Positions 18,817-29,816 of a stretch of 64,000 nucleotides of DNA are shown here, piece after piece. Within the stretch, counting starts at the first letter, position 1. Each line of letters starts with the position of its first letter. Under the pieces are notes generated by a model. The model worked only from the letters and a program-made list of their open reading frames with translations. It ran no database searches and was not told the DNA's origin. Both the position numbers and the translations under genes were made by a program. This DNA comes from Candidatus Multivoradales bacterium (GTDB taxonomy: Bacteria; Acidobacteriota; Thermoanaerobaculia; Multivoradales; JAHEKO01): the NCBI GenBank assembly GCA_965248055.1, contig CBDFIJ010000004.1, forward strand, positions 1,248,001 to 1,312,000, read 5' to 3'.

Positions 18817-20676
18817 CTAGTCTCGGGGGCCAAAGGTGCCAGAAGGCGCTGCGGGTGCGACGACCTCAACCGGCTCAGGCTCGGCAATCTTGGAAGGATC
18901 TTCCCCAGGATTCAGAAATCGATCTTCTTCGATCCGATGTTGCTTGGTGTAGAGCTCGCGATAACGACCATCGCGTTGCAGCAACTCGTGATGCTGTCCG
19001 CGTTCCACTACGCGACCACCTTCCACCACCAAAATTTGGTTGGCATCGCGAATCGTTGACAGACGGTGCGCGATGACAAACGTGGTACGCCCTGCGCGAA
19101 GTCGCCGCAGCCCTTCCTGAATCAACAGTTCACTTTCGCTGTCCAGGCTGGAGGTTGCCTCGTCCAAGATCAAGATTCTCGGATCGGCGAGCATCGCTCG
19201 CGCAATGGCGACGCGCTGTCGTTGTCCACCGGAAAGCTTGACCCCGCGTTCGCCGATCACCGTGTCGTAGCCCTCGGGAAAGCCCTCGACGAACTGCTGG
19301 CAGTGTGCGAGATGTCCGACCTCTTCCACCTCAGAGCGTGCAGCGTGGGGGCGACTGTAGGCGATGCTTTCTGCGATCGTGCCGTCGAACAAGAAATCGT
19401 CCTGCAAGACCGCAGCGAGATGTTCTCGATAGCCGCGCAAGTCGAGTTCGGTGACATCAACACCATCCACCAGAATGCGACCAGATTTGGCCGGGCGAAA
19501 GCCCATCACCAGGGAAATAACCGTGCTCTTACCAGCGCCCGATGACCCCACCAAGGCGGTGGTGGTCCCCGGCTCAGCAACGAAACTGATTCCTGACAAC
19601 ACCGTCTCACCTTCCACATACTCGAAGCTGACGTCATCAAATTCGATGCGCCCTTCGACTGTGGACAAAGTACGCAAGCCATCCACATCGGCACCTTCCG
19701 GCTCGGTCTCAAGGATCTCGCGCACCCGATCGAGACCGGCAAAAGCCTCCGTGATCTGGGTGCCGATCGAACTCATTTGAATCAAGGGCGTGACCATCAT
19801 CGCGGTGTAGAGCACGAACATAGTGAGATCGCCACCGTCCATGTTTCCGTTGAGGATCTCGCGAGCTCCCAACAGGCCCATGGCAACCCCGAACAATCCA
19901 AACACCAGACTGGAGACGCTGGTAATGCTCGCCACCCCGACCATCGATTTGACGATATTGCGCAGCAACTTGTGGGCTGCGTGAGCAAATACCCGGTCCT
20001 CGCGACGCTCGGCGGTGTAAGCCTTCACCTGACGGATGCCGTTAAAGGTCTCGGTCAGCCGGCCACTCATTTCCGCGTGTAACTTGCCACGCTCACGAAA
20101 CAGCGGCCTCAAACGACGAAAACCCAAGGTCATGGTCGCCGCGAATCCCAGCAACAGCACCAACGTGACCAGAGTCAAACGCCAGTTGAGCCACAACAAG
20201 ATCGCTAACGACAAAGTCGAGGTCAAGAGTCCGCCCAGCAACTGAACGAAACCGGTGCCGATCAGGTTGCGCACCCCTTCGGCGTCGTGAATCACGCGAG
20301 TGGTCAACTCCCCCGCCTTGTGATTCTCAAAGTACTCCACCGGCAACCGTGTCACGTGCTGTTGCACCTTCAAGCGCAAATCGTTGATCGCCCTCTGGGC
20401 GGAGACCCCAAGCAGCACCGTCAGGGCGAACCCAGATACCGCCTGCAATACGATCGCCGCTCCCGCGACCGCAGCAATCTTGGGCAGCAAGTCCACTTGA
20501 CCATCGCGGATAACGTCGTTGATCAGAAACCGTGAGGTCCCCGGAACCACCAGCCCCGCCAAGCGAGAGATCGTCAACAGCACCAGCCCCAACCCCAGTT
20601 TCTTGCGTTGCTGCCAGATCAAATCTTTGGCCGCACGCCAGGCGGTGGTTAGGGTCAGTTTCTTCTTGCCGCTCAC
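18817..20676 (-). CDS. ABC transporter, fused permease/ATP-binding
   Basis: GSSGAGKS, LSGGQRQR, ILDEATS, IAHRLST. Confidence 0.95.
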   Translation of the reverse strand: MSGKKKLTLTTAWRAAKDLIWQQRKKLGLGLVLLTISRLAGLVVPGTSRFLINDVIRDGQVDLLPKIAAVAGAAIVLQAVSGFALTVLLGVSAQRAINDLRLKVQQHVTRLPVEYFENHKAGELTTRVIHDAEGVRNLIGTGFVQLLGGLLTSTLSLAILLWLNWRLTLVTLVLLLGFAATMTLGFRRLRPLFRERGKLHAEMSGRLTETFNGIRQVKAYTAERREDRVFAHAAHKLLRNIVKSMVGVASITSVSSLVFGLFGVAMGLLGAREILNGNMDGGDLTMFVLYTAMMVTPLIQMSSIGTQITEAFAGLDRVREILETEPEGADVDGLRTLSTVEGRIEFDDVSFEYVEGETVLSGISFVAEPGTTTALVGSSGAGKSTVISLVMGFRPAKSGRILVDGVDVTELDLRGYREHLAAVLQDDFLFDGTIAESIAYSRPHAARSEVEEVGHLAHCQQFVEGFPEGYDTVIGERGVKLSGGQRQRVAIARAMLADPRILILDEATSSLDSESELLIQEGLRRLRAGRTTFVIAHRLSTIRDANQILVVEGGRVVERGQHHELLQRDGRYRELYTKQHRIEEDRFLNPGEDPSKIAEPEPVEVVAPAAPSGTFGPRD

Positions 20677-20823
20677 CGCAGCATCCTACTCTGAGTGAGA
20701 AAGGCGGTGTGCGTTCACCCTAATTCGCTCAGGCTCTGTCTGCTATATTCTGTGCAATCGCAATCGGTTGTCGTGTCTGACAATGCGAATTGTTTCCTAA
20801 TTAATCCTCTGAGGAGAAGAACT

Positions 20824-21024
20824 ATGTCCGTAGCAAAAGTTTCCGAAATCACTTCCACTTCGTCAAAGAGTTTTGAAGATGCCATCAAAGTGGGCATCTC
20901 TCGCGCAGACAAAACCCTCGACAACATCACCGGCGCCTGGGTCAACGAAATGAAGGTTGTTGTCAAGGACGGCGAGGTCAGCGAGTACCGCGTCAATTTG
21001 AAGGTCACCTTTGTACTCAAGTAG
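20824..21024 (+). CDS. Dodecin family protein
   Basis: SSKSFEDAI, YRVNLKVTFVL; GAGGAG RBS. Confidence 0.9.
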   Translation: MSVAKVSEITSTSSKSFEDAIKVGISRADKTLDNITGAWVNEMKVVVKDGEVSEYRVNLKVTFVLK

Positions 21025-21044
21025 GCGATAGACGATCACCAGCG

Positions 21045-21073
21045 GGGGCGCGCAAGCGCCCCGGTTTCGTTTT
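21045..21073 (+). terminator. Intrinsic terminator
   Basis: GGGGCGC-GCAA-GCGCCCC plus T-rich tail. Confidence 0.65.
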
Positions 21074-21121
21074 CTCAAGGGTGCCGAGTCGGCCAACCCA
21101 CCCCACCAAGATTGTTGAATT

Positions 21122-21868
21122 GTGTCCACGCCCTCCCCACTGTGGACGCCGCCTCTCAACATCGCCCACCGTGGAGCCTCGAAGCAGGCTCCTGAAAATA
21201 CCTTCGCCGCGTTCGAGGCCGCCATCGAGGCAGGTGCCAGTGCAGTAGAAATGGACCTGCGCTTCACGGCCGATCGACGGCTGGTGGTGCTCCACGACTC
21301 CACCGTGGACCGCACCAGCGATGGTTCTGGGGCCATCGCCCGCCTAACCTACGATCAAGCTCGCGACCTCGACGTCGGGTCCTGGTTTTCTCCCGCGTTT
21401 GCCGGGCAACGAATTCCCTTGCTCAGCGAAGTGGTCGACCGAGTCTTGCCGCGGATTCCCTGCGTGTTTCACATCAAAGCGGCCTCCGGTCTGGCCACCG
21501 AGGTGGTCGGCGCGATCGATCCCGAACAACGACAGAGGGCGACAATTTCATGCTCGCGGCTGGGATCCCTGGCAGTGCTTGCCGATCGCGGGGTGCATCT
21601 AACCTGGATCACCTATTGGCGACACTGGCCGGGTTGGACGGCTTGGATCACTCGATTAGCTCGTCGCAAAGGGACCGATCGAGTGGCGCCCAAAGGGTCA
21701 ACCGTGACCCCCGCCATGGTGCAGCAGGTACACCGTGCGCAGTTGCTGGTACGCGCTTGGGGGGTCGGGGCTGACCTTGAGATGGCGCGACGGCTACTGT
21801 CTTGTGGTGTCGACGGCATGACCTTCAACGACCCGGTTGGACTCGGCAAGCTGCTGCAAAGAGTCTAG
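21122..21868 (+). CDS. Glycerophosphodiester phosphodiesterase family
   Basis: IAHRGAS..APENT, EMDLRFT.D..LVVLHD. Confidence 0.9.
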   Translation: MSTPSPLWTPPLNIAHRGASKQAPENTFAAFEAAIEAGASAVEMDLRFTADRRLVVLHDSTVDRTSDGSGAIARLTYDQARDLDVGSWFSPAFAGQRIPLLSEVVDRVLPRIPCVFHIKAASGLATEVVGAIDPEQRQRATISCSRLGSLAVLADRGVHLTWITYWRHWPGWTAWITRLARRKGTDRVAPKGSTVTPAMVQQVHRAQLLVRAWGVGADLEMARRLLSCGVDGMTFNDPVGLGKLLQRV

Positions 21869-21879
21869 ACTCCGGCACC

Positions 21880-23013
21880 ATGGCTACCGGCGCCCCATCG
21901 ATCGTCGCCTCGATGCACGATCCAGCCCGTTTTCGAGCGTTTGACACCATGCTCGAACAAACCTCTTTTTTTGAGCTTCTGGACAACGCCCGGGCTGAGG
22001 CTGGTAAGAGTCGTGCGGAATTCTTGATCGCGATCAAGCCCAACTTCATGATGGCGGTGCGCGTTGAAGAGCCGCCGCTGGTCTATACCGACCCCCAACT
22101 GGTGGAGCACTGGATCTCCCGTCTACGCGATCAGGGGTATACCAATCTACGGGTGGTCGAAGCGCAGAACGTCTACGCCCTGTGGTACCACAATCGCTCT
22201 GTGATCAGTGTCGCTCGCGCTCTCGGCTTTAGCGGCGAGGGATACGAAATTCGCGACCTCACCAACGAGCAATTCCGCTACGACTATGGAGGCACCCTGG
22301 GCGATCATTTCGTCGGTGCTTCCTGGCGCGACGCAGACTTTCGCATCTCATTTGCCAAGAACAAGACCCACGATGTTTCTCGCTGCACGCTAGTGATCAA
22401 AAACACCTACGGCTGCCTTCCAGCCAAAGACAAGTTCTCCGAATACCACCGCAAGCGCGAGGTCGACGTGGTCACCATTGAGGCGTTGCGCCATTTTCCA
22501 GTGCATTTTTGTGCGATCGATGCAAGTTGGAGTTTGGACGGCCCGCTGGGCTACAAGGAAGGTTTTGATGTCGTTCAGGACCAAGACGGCAACATCATTC
22601 GCGAGGGTAACATCCACAAAACTGACACCATCATTGGCGGACAGGATCTGGTTGCCGTGGAACAGGTCGGAATGCTCAAAATGGGCCTCGATCCGAAAAA
22701 AGACAAACGCTTCTACAAGCTCGCCACCCAAGCCTTCGGCGAACCCGAATTTGAATGGGTCGGTGACAAGTCGATCTATGAAGGATGGCTCAACGTCGGA
22801 GCCAGCACCGCCGACGCTCTAGATATCGGCGAAGAGATTCCGGTGATCTCCCACTTTCTCGGCCAATCGATGTCCCACGTCGACCACCGATTGTTTCCAC
22901 CCAGAACCCGCGGCTGGCTGCGACGACTCGGACACTATTTCGGTCGCAAGGCGTTTATCAGCAAGGTGCGAAGTCGCAAAGGTGTTTGGGCGTCCAAAGA
23001 TCGATTGTCGTAG
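21880..23013 (+). CDS. DUF362 domain protein
   Basis: IKPN, TDPQLVE, KNKTH..T..IKN.YG. Confidence 0.8.
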   Translation: MATGAPSIVASMHDPARFRAFDTMLEQTSFFELLDNARAEAGKSRAEFLIAIKPNFMMAVRVEEPPLVYTDPQLVEHWISRLRDQGYTNLRVVEAQNVYALWYHNRSVISVARALGFSGEGYEIRDLTNEQFRYDYGGTLGDHFVGASWRDADFRISFAKNKTHDVSRCTLVIKNTYGCLPAKDKFSEYHRKREVDVVTIEALRHFPVHFCAIDASWSLDGPLGYKEGFDVVQDQDGNIIREGNIHKTDTIIGGQDLVAVEQVGMLKMGLDPKKDKRFYKLATQAFGEPEFEWVGDKSIYEGWLNVGASTADALDIGEEIPVISHFLGQSMSHVDHRLFPPRTRGWLRRLGHYFGRKAFISKVRSRKGVWASKDRLS

Positions 23014-23042
23014 GCCCAAACAATTTTGCTCAGAAAAGAGGA

Positions 23043-23072
23043 AAAGGCCCGCCGCGAACGCGACGGGCCTTT
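23043..23072. terminator. Bidirectional terminator between convergent genes
   Basis: AAAGGCCCG...CGGGCCTTT inverted repeat. Confidence 0.65.
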
Positions 23073-23095
23073 GGACTTACCAATGAAACAGCGGA

Positions 23096-24949
23096 CTAGT
23101 CGTCGCCGAGGCGCCGGTTGAGAAACCGGCTCGCCTTGTCTCGCCCACCCAGCCCGAAAGCCAGGGCAAGAGCCAAAGCAACACCGCCCAGCACCGCAGA
23201 TACCGCGACCTGGACGACTTCCTCTCCGACGCCCATCTGGGTTAGACCCATGCTGAACGCCAAGAAGACGATGAAGTAATTGGCGATCAACGAGACCAAC
23301 TTGCCCTGCGGATGGTTGGACAAAAGATCGCCTACCAAGCGGCCAACGTAGGCGCCGACCGACAAGCCAGCAACGATAATTGCCAGACCAATCAGCAGAT
23401 TCGGCAAATACGTCAGCAGGCTACCGACCATGCCGGAGAGCTCCTCCAGATGCAGGGTCGAGAGTGCTTGTTCCGCAGTCAGCAGAAGGATAACTCCCAT
23501 AACCACCGCCCCCACAATCACTGAAAGTGAGGCGCGACCCTCTTTGGGATTGAGAAAACCGAGGCCGAGCTTCTCGGGCAGCGCGTCGAAGCCGACGCCT
23601 TCCAGGAAGCTCTGCACCACGCCACGGATCGCCTTGGCAATGTAGTAGCCGATGCCGATCACAATAATCGCGACAAACACCAAAGGCACCGCTGAAAGTA
23701 ATTGTTCCAGCGTCGCCTTAACCGGCCCAGAGATCGCGTCGATCCCCAGATTGTCAACCGCGGCAATCAAAAACGGCACCAAGACGAAGAAGTAAACCAC
23801 CGCGCCGACGATGTCGGACAGACGCTTACTACCCGCGCCGAAGCCCCACTGCTCCGCGAAGCGATCCAGGCCCGCTACAGCAAGCAGATTGGAGACCACT
23901 TCGCGCACAAAGGTCGCCGCCCATTTGGCAAAGAACACCAAGATAAGGGCGCCGATCACGTTCGGAACAAACGCGAATACCTTGCTGAACATTTCATTAA
24001 TTGGCTGGACCAGAGACTCCTGGCCCAAGGCTTCGAGGAATAACGGAAGAGCCAATACCAGAATTAGATAAAAAAGCAGTCGCCCAACCTGAACGCTGGC
24101 ACCAACTCGCTCACCCTCGACCACGCGCTCGGGAATGTAGCGACCAGCCCAAGAGTCGAATCCAACAGCACCCAGTCCGCGCGAACTCAAGAACCGAACC
24201 GCGCTAGCAATCAACCATGCAATCAACAAAACGATCAACGCTTGGAGCAGCGACAGAACTGCGGAGCCAATCTGCGTCAGTACATTTTCAATCGGTCCGG
24301 CAACCATCCCCAAGTCGAAATAGTTGAAGACAGCGACAAAACCACCGAGCAAGACAACCCATTTGACAATAGCTCCAGCAGTCCCTTCAATGTCCCCTTC
24401 AGAGACCTTCTCAATCCCGGTGTTGGCGGCAAGTCGATTGTCCCAATCCGTTGCCCGCAGAGCTTTGGTCACCAGTCCGCCGAGAAACGACGCCACGATC
24501 CAAAACACCAATAAAATCGCAAAGGCAATCAAGATCGGCCACAGCATCGGACCAATCCGCTTGACCGTTCTCACCACGCCTTCGGTCCACAAGGTCTTGC
24601 CTCCCTCAACTACACTGGCGCCACCTTCGGCGACCGCGTCACGGGTCACCTCGACTGCACGGCGACTCTCGTCAACGGTGTGATCGACGATTCCCTCGCT
24701 GGCGTCAGCAACTGCTTCTCCGGTCGCAACCGCGGCCTCATCGGCGCCCTCAGCGGCTTCGCCGACCGTCTCCGCGGCGACTTCTGCTCCATCTGCGGTC
24801 GCATCGACGGCATCATCGGTCGTGTCAACGACCGCGTGAGCGACCTCTTCGACGACTGATTCTTCGCTCACAGCTTCCTGAGCCACAAGCACTGTCGTGC
24901 CCAATGCCAAAAGCAGCGCTACCGTTCCAACTATGAAAGTTTTTTTCAT
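23096..24949 (-). CDS. Conserved TM-helix repeat protein (mechanosensitive channel/CmpX-like) with acidic N-terminal repeats
   Basis: Repeated F/YxPN..GALI TM units, C-terminal LALAFGLGGRD; signal peptide. Confidence 0.8.
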   Translation of the reverse strand: MKKTFIVGTVALLLALGTTVLVAQEAVSEESVVEEVAHAVVDTTDDAVDATADGAEVAAETVGEAAEGADEAAVATGEAVADASEGIVDHTVDESRRAVEVTRDAVAEGGASVVEGGKTLWTEGVVRTVKRIGPMLWPILIAFAILLVFWIVASFLGGLVTKALRATDWDNRLAANTGIEKVSEGDIEGTAGAIVKWVVLLGGFVAVFNYFDLGMVAGPIENVLTQIGSAVLSLLQALIVLLIAWLIASAVRFLSSRGLGAVGFDSWAGRYIPERVVEGERVGASVQVGRLLFYLILVLALPLFLEALGQESLVQPINEMFSKVFAFVPNVIGALILVFFAKWAATFVREVVSNLLAVAGLDRFAEQWGFGAGSKRLSDIVGAVVYFFVLVPFLIAAVDNLGIDAISGPVKATLEQLLSAVPLVFVAIIVIGIGYYIAKAIRGVVQSFLEGVGFDALPEKLGLGFLNPKEGRASLSVIVGAVVMGVILLLTAEQALSTLHLEELSGMVGSLLTYLPNLLIGLAIIVAGLSVGAYVGRLVGDLLSNHPQGKLVSLIANYFIVFLAFSMGLTQMGVGEEVVQVAVSAVLGGVALALALAFGLGGRDKASRFLNRRLGDD

Positions 24950-25180
24950 ACCCGATTTTCCTCCTTGAGTTGTCAGCCGGGAACGCGATTCCGGCCACCT
25001 CATACACGATCTATCCGAACCGCCGCGCACGCGACTCAGTATTGCTAGGCCATTCTACCCTGTAGACGTGACGCTTACAGGTTTTACTACTTTCGAGTAT
25101 AAGTAAAATGTGTAATAATCAGGGGCACGGACACACCGTCAGGGAGTCCCCTTAATATCTTCCCCGGAGGGAAATGTTCT

Positions 25181-25780
25181 ATGTCCTCGATTCTCGATTC
25201 ACTTACTTCTCAAATCGGCGGTACCGAGCTGGGTCAACTGGCCAATATCCTGGGCGTCAATCAACACCAAACCCAATCTGCAGTCCCCGCGGCGGTCGGC
25301 GCTCTATTGGGAGCTTTGGGTGGCAACGCAGCACGCCGCGACGGCGCAGACTCCTTGCATCGAGCGTTGGGCAAAGACCACGACGGGAGTCTGCTGGATA
25401 ATCTCGGCGGGTTTCTGGGCGGCGGGCAGACCGGGATCGGTGAAGCCATCCTCGGTCATGTGCTGGGGGGTCGCCAAGCCACGGTGGAGAATGAACTGAG
25501 CAAGTCAACTGGCTTGGACAGCCGTTCGATCGCCAAACTGCTGACCATGCTCGCACCGATGGTGCTGGCCTACCTGGGAAAACAGCAGCGTCAAAAGGGC
25601 CTGGACTCCGGTGGGCTCGCCGAGCTTCTCGGTCGTGAACGGCAGCAGTTGCGTCAACAGCCACCAGCAAACCTGGGGATTTTGGGCGCCCTACTCGACC
25701 AAGACGGTGACGGTGACGTCAAAGATGATTTAGCAAAAGCTGGCGTCGGTATTCTGGGCAAGTTGTTCAGCCGACGTTAA
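25181..25780 (+). CDS. DUF937 domain protein
   Basis: DHDGSLLD, ILGHVLG, LDQDGDG. Confidence 0.85.
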   Translation: MSSILDSLTSQIGGTELGQLANILGVNQHQTQSAVPAAVGALLGALGGNAARRDGADSLHRALGKDHDGSLLDNLGGFLGGGQTGIGEAILGHVLGGRQATVENELSKSTGLDSRSIAKLLTMLAPMVLAYLGKQQRQKGLDSGGLAELLGRERQQLRQQPPANLGILGALLDQDGDGDVKDDLAKAGVGILGKLFSRR

Positions 25781-25821
25781 TACCTAACCCCTATCCCTAA
25801 CTAAACAGGAGGAGATCCATC

Positions 25822-26277
25822 ATGGGATTAATTGATTTTGTAAAGAGTGCCGGTCAGAAGTTATTTGGCCTTGGCCCATCCGAAGAAGAGCAGGAAGCGT
25901 CGGTCGCCTCGAAACTCACCCAAGCAGTCGCTGACATGGGGTTTGCCGCCGAGAACCTCAACATCACATTTGACGACGGCCTCGCCACCGTGACTGGAAC
26001 GGTTGAGTCTCAGGCAGTCCGCGAGAAAATCGTCTTGGTCGTGGGTAACACCGAAGGTGTCGCTCAAGTCGACGATCAGCTCGAAGTGGTCACCCCTGAG
26101 CCAGAAGCCACCTACTACACCGTGGTTTCCGGTGACTCCTTGTGGAAGATCGCCAGCGAGCACTACGGCAACGGTGCCAAGTACCACGCCATCTTTGAAG
26201 CCAACAAGCCGATGCTGAGTGACCCGGACAAGATTTATCCTGGCCAGGTGCTGCGTATTCCGCCCCTCGAAGGCTAA
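25822..26277 (+). CDS. lysM: BON-LysM protein (YgaU/Kbp-like)
   Basis: MGLIDFVKSAGQKLFG, IFEANKPMLSDPDKIYPGQVLRIP. Confidence 0.93.
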   Translation: MGLIDFVKSAGQKLFGLGPSEEEQEASVASKLTQAVADMGFAAENLNITFDDGLATVTGTVESQAVREKIVLVVGNTEGVAQVDDQLEVVTPEPEATYYTVVSGDSLWKIASEHYGNGAKYHAIFEANKPMLSDPDKIYPGQVLRIPPLEG

Positions 26278-26304
26278 TCGCACCAGCAAACTTTGTTTCG
26301 ATGG

Positions 26305-26342
26305 CAGGCCGACTCGGAAACGAGTCGGCCTGTTTTGTTTTT
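26305..26342 (+). terminator. Intrinsic terminator
   Basis: CAGGCCGACTCG-GAAA-CGAGTCGGCCTG plus T tract. Confidence 0.85.
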
Positions 26343-26383
26343 CCCTTTTGCCTGCACACCCTCAAAGTAGGCATAATCCCGCC

Positions 26384-28159
26384 ATGACCACCGTCGGCGA
26401 GCTCTTTCAACAAACCGCAACCCAGAGCGCCGAACGACCGGCGCTGATGGTTGATTCAGAATCTGGATGGCACGGGGATACTTGGTCTCAGTACTACCAG
26501 AAGGCAAGCACTGCAGCAATCGCGATGATCGAGATGGGCATCGCCACCGGAGACCGGGTAGCGATCTTGGGCAGCAATCGAGCTGAGTGGTTCATTGCCT
26601 GGCAAGGCGCGGTTCTCGCCGGAGCTGTCCCGGTGGGTCTGTACAGCTCAGCCAGTGCTGAACAATGCTCCTATATTGCCGACCACGCCGGCGTCAGCTT
26701 GGTGATCGTCGAAAACAGCCAAATGCTTGAGCCCCATCGCTCGTGGGTTAGAGACCAAGGGCTCCGGTTGATTGTCATGGAAGGTACCGACGAAGACGCT
26801 GAGCCCTGGAGCAGCTTGCAACACCCTGAGCCAGATCAGGAACAAATCCAAGCCCGGATCAGCGCGGTGTCCGAGGAGGACCTCTACTCTCTGATTTATA
26901 CCTCCGGCACCACCGGACGTCCCAAAGCGGTGATGTTGACCCATCACAACGTCGTTTGGACCGCAGCCAAGACCGCAACCGAATACGACTTTACCGATCA
27001 ACACCGGGTCTTGAGCTACCTCCCGCTATGCCATATCGCTGAGCAAATCATTTCCCTCAATGCTCCGATGGCGGTGGGAGCGTCCTCGTGGTTGGTGCCC
27101 AATATCACCGACCTTCCACAAGCTCTCAAGGCGGTTCGCCCGCATTTCTTTCTCGGAGTTCCGCGGGTCTGGGAAAAAATGCAGAGCGCGATCACGGATC
27201 AACTGGAAGCTGCCCCGGCGATACGCAGAAAGATCTTTCGCTGGGCGACCAGTGTCGGCCTAGAAGCCGGTTGCCGTTTACAACATCACGAAAAACCGCC
27301 GTTCGCCCTGCCCCTGGCGCGCAAACTCGTCTTGGCACCGCTCCGGCGAAAGCTCGGTTTTGACCACGCCAAAGTGTGCGCAACCTCGGCGGCGCCGATT
27401 GGTCGCTCTACCTTGGATTTCTTCTTGAGCCTTGGCATTCCGTTGTTGGAGATCTACGGCATGAGTGAGTGCAGTGGTCCAGCAACATTTTCCATGCCCG
27501 ATAACTTTCGTATTGGAAAAGCGGGGCGTTGCTTACCCGGAGGCGACCTGAGGGTTGCCGATGATGGCGAAGTACAGATGCACGGCCCTCATGTATTTGC
27601 CGGGTACTACCGAGACCAAGACGCAACTCGCGAGGCCTTTACAGAGGACGGCTGGCTGCGCTCCGGTGATCTGGGTCATTTGGACGACGAGGGATTTCTA
27701 AAGATCACCGGCCGACGCAAGGAAATCATTATCACCGCAGGGGGTAAAAACGTATCTCCGACGGCGGTCGAAGAGCAAATACTGACCATCCCCGAGATCG
27801 CCCAAGCAGTGGTGGTCGGGGATCGCAGGAAATTCTTGGTTGGCTTGCTGACTCTCGACCCTCGACGAGCCTCGGCAAAGGCGCAGGAACTGGGCAGCAC
27901 CGCCGCAGATACGACGCTGGTAGCTAAGTCCCCTGAGTTTCGGGCCTATCTGGAGCAGCGTATCGCCGAGGTCAACCAGCGACTTTCGCGCGTCGAATCG
28001 CTTAAGAATTTCGCGATATTGGATCGTGAGTTATCAATCGCCGGTGGCGAATTGACGCCCACCATGAAGCTCAAGCGCTCGGTGATCGAACAGAAGTACG
28101 CCGAGATCATCGACGGCCTCTACCGCGCCCCCAACACATCACCCGCTCAGGTCAGCTAA
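26384..28159 (+). CDS. Long-chain fatty acid-CoA ligase
   Basis: YTSGTTGRPK, YGMSE, SGDLG, ELTPTMKLKR. Confidence 0.92.
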   Translation: MTTVGELFQQTATQSAERPALMVDSESGWHGDTWSQYYQKASTAAIAMIEMGIATGDRVAILGSNRAEWFIAWQGAVLAGAVPVGLYSSASAEQCSYIADHAGVSLVIVENSQMLEPHRSWVRDQGLRLIVMEGTDEDAEPWSSLQHPEPDQEQIQARISAVSEEDLYSLIYTSGTTGRPKAVMLTHHNVVWTAAKTATEYDFTDQHRVLSYLPLCHIAEQIISLNAPMAVGASSWLVPNITDLPQALKAVRPHFFLGVPRVWEKMQSAITDQLEAAPAIRRKIFRWATSVGLEAGCRLQHHEKPPFALPLARKLVLAPLRRKLGFDHAKVCATSAAPIGRSTLDFFLSLGIPLLEIYGMSECSGPATFSMPDNFRIGKAGRCLPGGDLRVADDGEVQMHGPHVFAGYYRDQDATREAFTEDGWLRSGDLGHLDDEGFLKITGRRKEIIITAGGKNVSPTAVEEQILTIPEIAQAVVVGDRRKFLVGLLTLDPRRASAKAQELGSTAADTTLVAKSPEFRAYLEQRIAEVNQRLSRVESLKNFAILDRELSIAGGELTPTMKLKRSVIEQKYAEIIDGLYRAPNTSPAQVS

Positions 28160-28644
28160 AGGTCGCCAACCCCGCGGTAACCGCGGTTCCAATAGATCAA
28201 GGGTTGTTCGCCCTCACGAGGCACCGAACTGGCCTCTACGTGGCCAACATAGATGGTGTGGGTGCCAACGCAATGACGCGCATAGATCGAGCAATCCAGC
28301 CAAGCCAGGGCGTCTTGGAGAATCGGTGCTCCAGTAGCCGCCGACCCCCAGTCCCCTTCAGCAAATCGATCGCCATCCTTCAAAAACGCAAAACGGTCAG
28401 ACAAGGCTTGTTGATCGGCGGCAAGAATATTGACCGCGAAAACCGCATCGGATTTCTCCAAGAGTTGATGGGCTGAGTGTCCGCGATCAATCGCCACCGC
28501 GACCAACGGTGGATCCGGTGAGATCGAAACAAAAGCCGACACTGTCAGGCCGTGGACTTCACCGGCCGCACGCAGGGTCACCAGAGTGACCCCCGCGGGG
28601 AAATGACGCAGGGCGTCTCGATAGCTATCGGTGTCGATCGGCAA
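28156..28644 (-). CDS. Flavin reductase family protein
   Basis: FPAGVTLVT, SISPDPPLV, GTHTIYVG, PLIYWNRGY. Confidence 0.9.
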   Translation of the reverse strand: MPIDTDSYRDALRHFPAGVTLVTLRAAGEVHGLTVSAFVSISPDPPLVAVAIDRGHSAHQLLEKSDAVFAVNILAADQQALSDRFAFLKDGDRFAEGDWGSAATGAPILQDALAWLDCSIYARHCVGTHTIYVGHVEASSVPREGEQPLIYWNRGYRGVGDL

Positions 28645-28673
28645 AGTTCGATAGGTAGGCTAGCCGTCTGGGT

Positions 28674-29816
28674 TCATCCGGCAGTTCTTGCAAACTCATT
28701 GGCCAAGGAATACCAGTCATCGCGCATCGCCCGGAATCGAGTTCGCAGTGCTTGCAAATCCTCGCTGCCTTTGTTGACCACGTCCCCAGTGGAGCTTCGA
28801 ACGCGTTGCATCGCCATCCGGATTTCTAAGTGAGTCTTTTCTAGATGCTCTTCAATCTGACTCAGCTTTTGCCACAACGAAGCAGCTCGGGAACGCACGT
28901 CGCGCGACAACAACAGGCGCCGCACCTCCTGCAATCGAGCTAGTTCAATGGTTTCTTCGGGGGTGCGCCTTAGACGCCAGGCCCAACCAAACTTAGACAG
29001 CGTCCAAATGATCCACTTCCCAGGATCAAAGTGCCAGCCGCGGTATCCGTTGCGGTAGTCGGTCTGGAAGGTATGGTGAAAATTGTGGTACCCCTCGCCA
29101 AAGGTCAAGAATGCAACCAATCCGCTATCGCGCGAACTATCGCCAGAATTAAACGGCTGCCGCCCTAGGTAGTGGCAAAGCGAGTTGATGAAAAAGGTGC
29201 ACTGGTGGATCACCGCGATGCGCAAAAAGCCACCGACAAAGATGCCACTCATCAGCCCTGCTAGCAAGGGACGACCGGTAGCCAAGGCATAGCCCAAACC
29301 GATCAGCGTCGGTAGACCCAGCCCGATGGAAAACATCACCGCTGGGATATTGCGGTCCTGCCATTTGAGAAACGGATCTCTTTCGAGGTCCGCAACATTG
29401 GCTCTCGACAACTCGGGATCCCGGTAATGCAGCAACCAACCCATGTGGGCGTGGAAAAAACCCTTGGTGGCGTTGTAGGGATCATAGGGATCCCCCTCCT
29501 GATCGGTGTATTTGTGGTGATATCGATGCTCCGAAGCCCAGCCAATAACCGAGCCTTCAAAGGTCGCGGCACCCAACAACGCTGTGACCACCTTGACCGG
29601 AGAAACCGCGTCAAACGAACGATGGGCGAATAGCCGGTGGTAGCCGACGGTAATGGCAAGGCCAGTGGCATAACAGGCGACAACGAAAAATATGGTGTCG
29701 AAGGTTGTCCAGCCGAACAGGCTTACGTAGACCCAAGTGCCCACAATACCCAGGACGATACAGCTCAGCAAGAAAATCGTGGTTATCCAGTTAATCGCTC
29801 CGGGTCGTTGCTCCAT
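28674..29816 (-). CDS. Acyl-CoA/fatty acid delta-9 desaturase
   Basis: His boxes HRLFAH, HRYHH, GEGYHNFHH. Confidence 0.93.
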   Translation of the reverse strand: MEQRPGAINWITTIFLLSCIVLGIVGTWVYVSLFGWTTFDTIFFVVACYATGLAITVGYHRLFAHRSFDAVSPVKVVTALLGAATFEGSVIGWASEHRYHHKYTDQEGDPYDPYNATKGFFHAHMGWLLHYRDPELSRANVADLERDPFLKWQDRNIPAVMFSIGLGLPTLIGLGYALATGRPLLAGLMSGIFVGGFLRIAVIHQCTFFINSLCHYLGRQPFNSGDSSRDSGLVAFLTFGEGYHNFHHTFQTDYRNGYRGWHFDPGKWIIWTLSKFGWAWRLRRTPEETIELARLQEVRRLLLSRDVRSRAASLWQKLSQIEEHLEKTHLEIRMAMQRVRSSTGDVVNKGSEDLQALRTRFRAMRDDWYSLANEFARTAG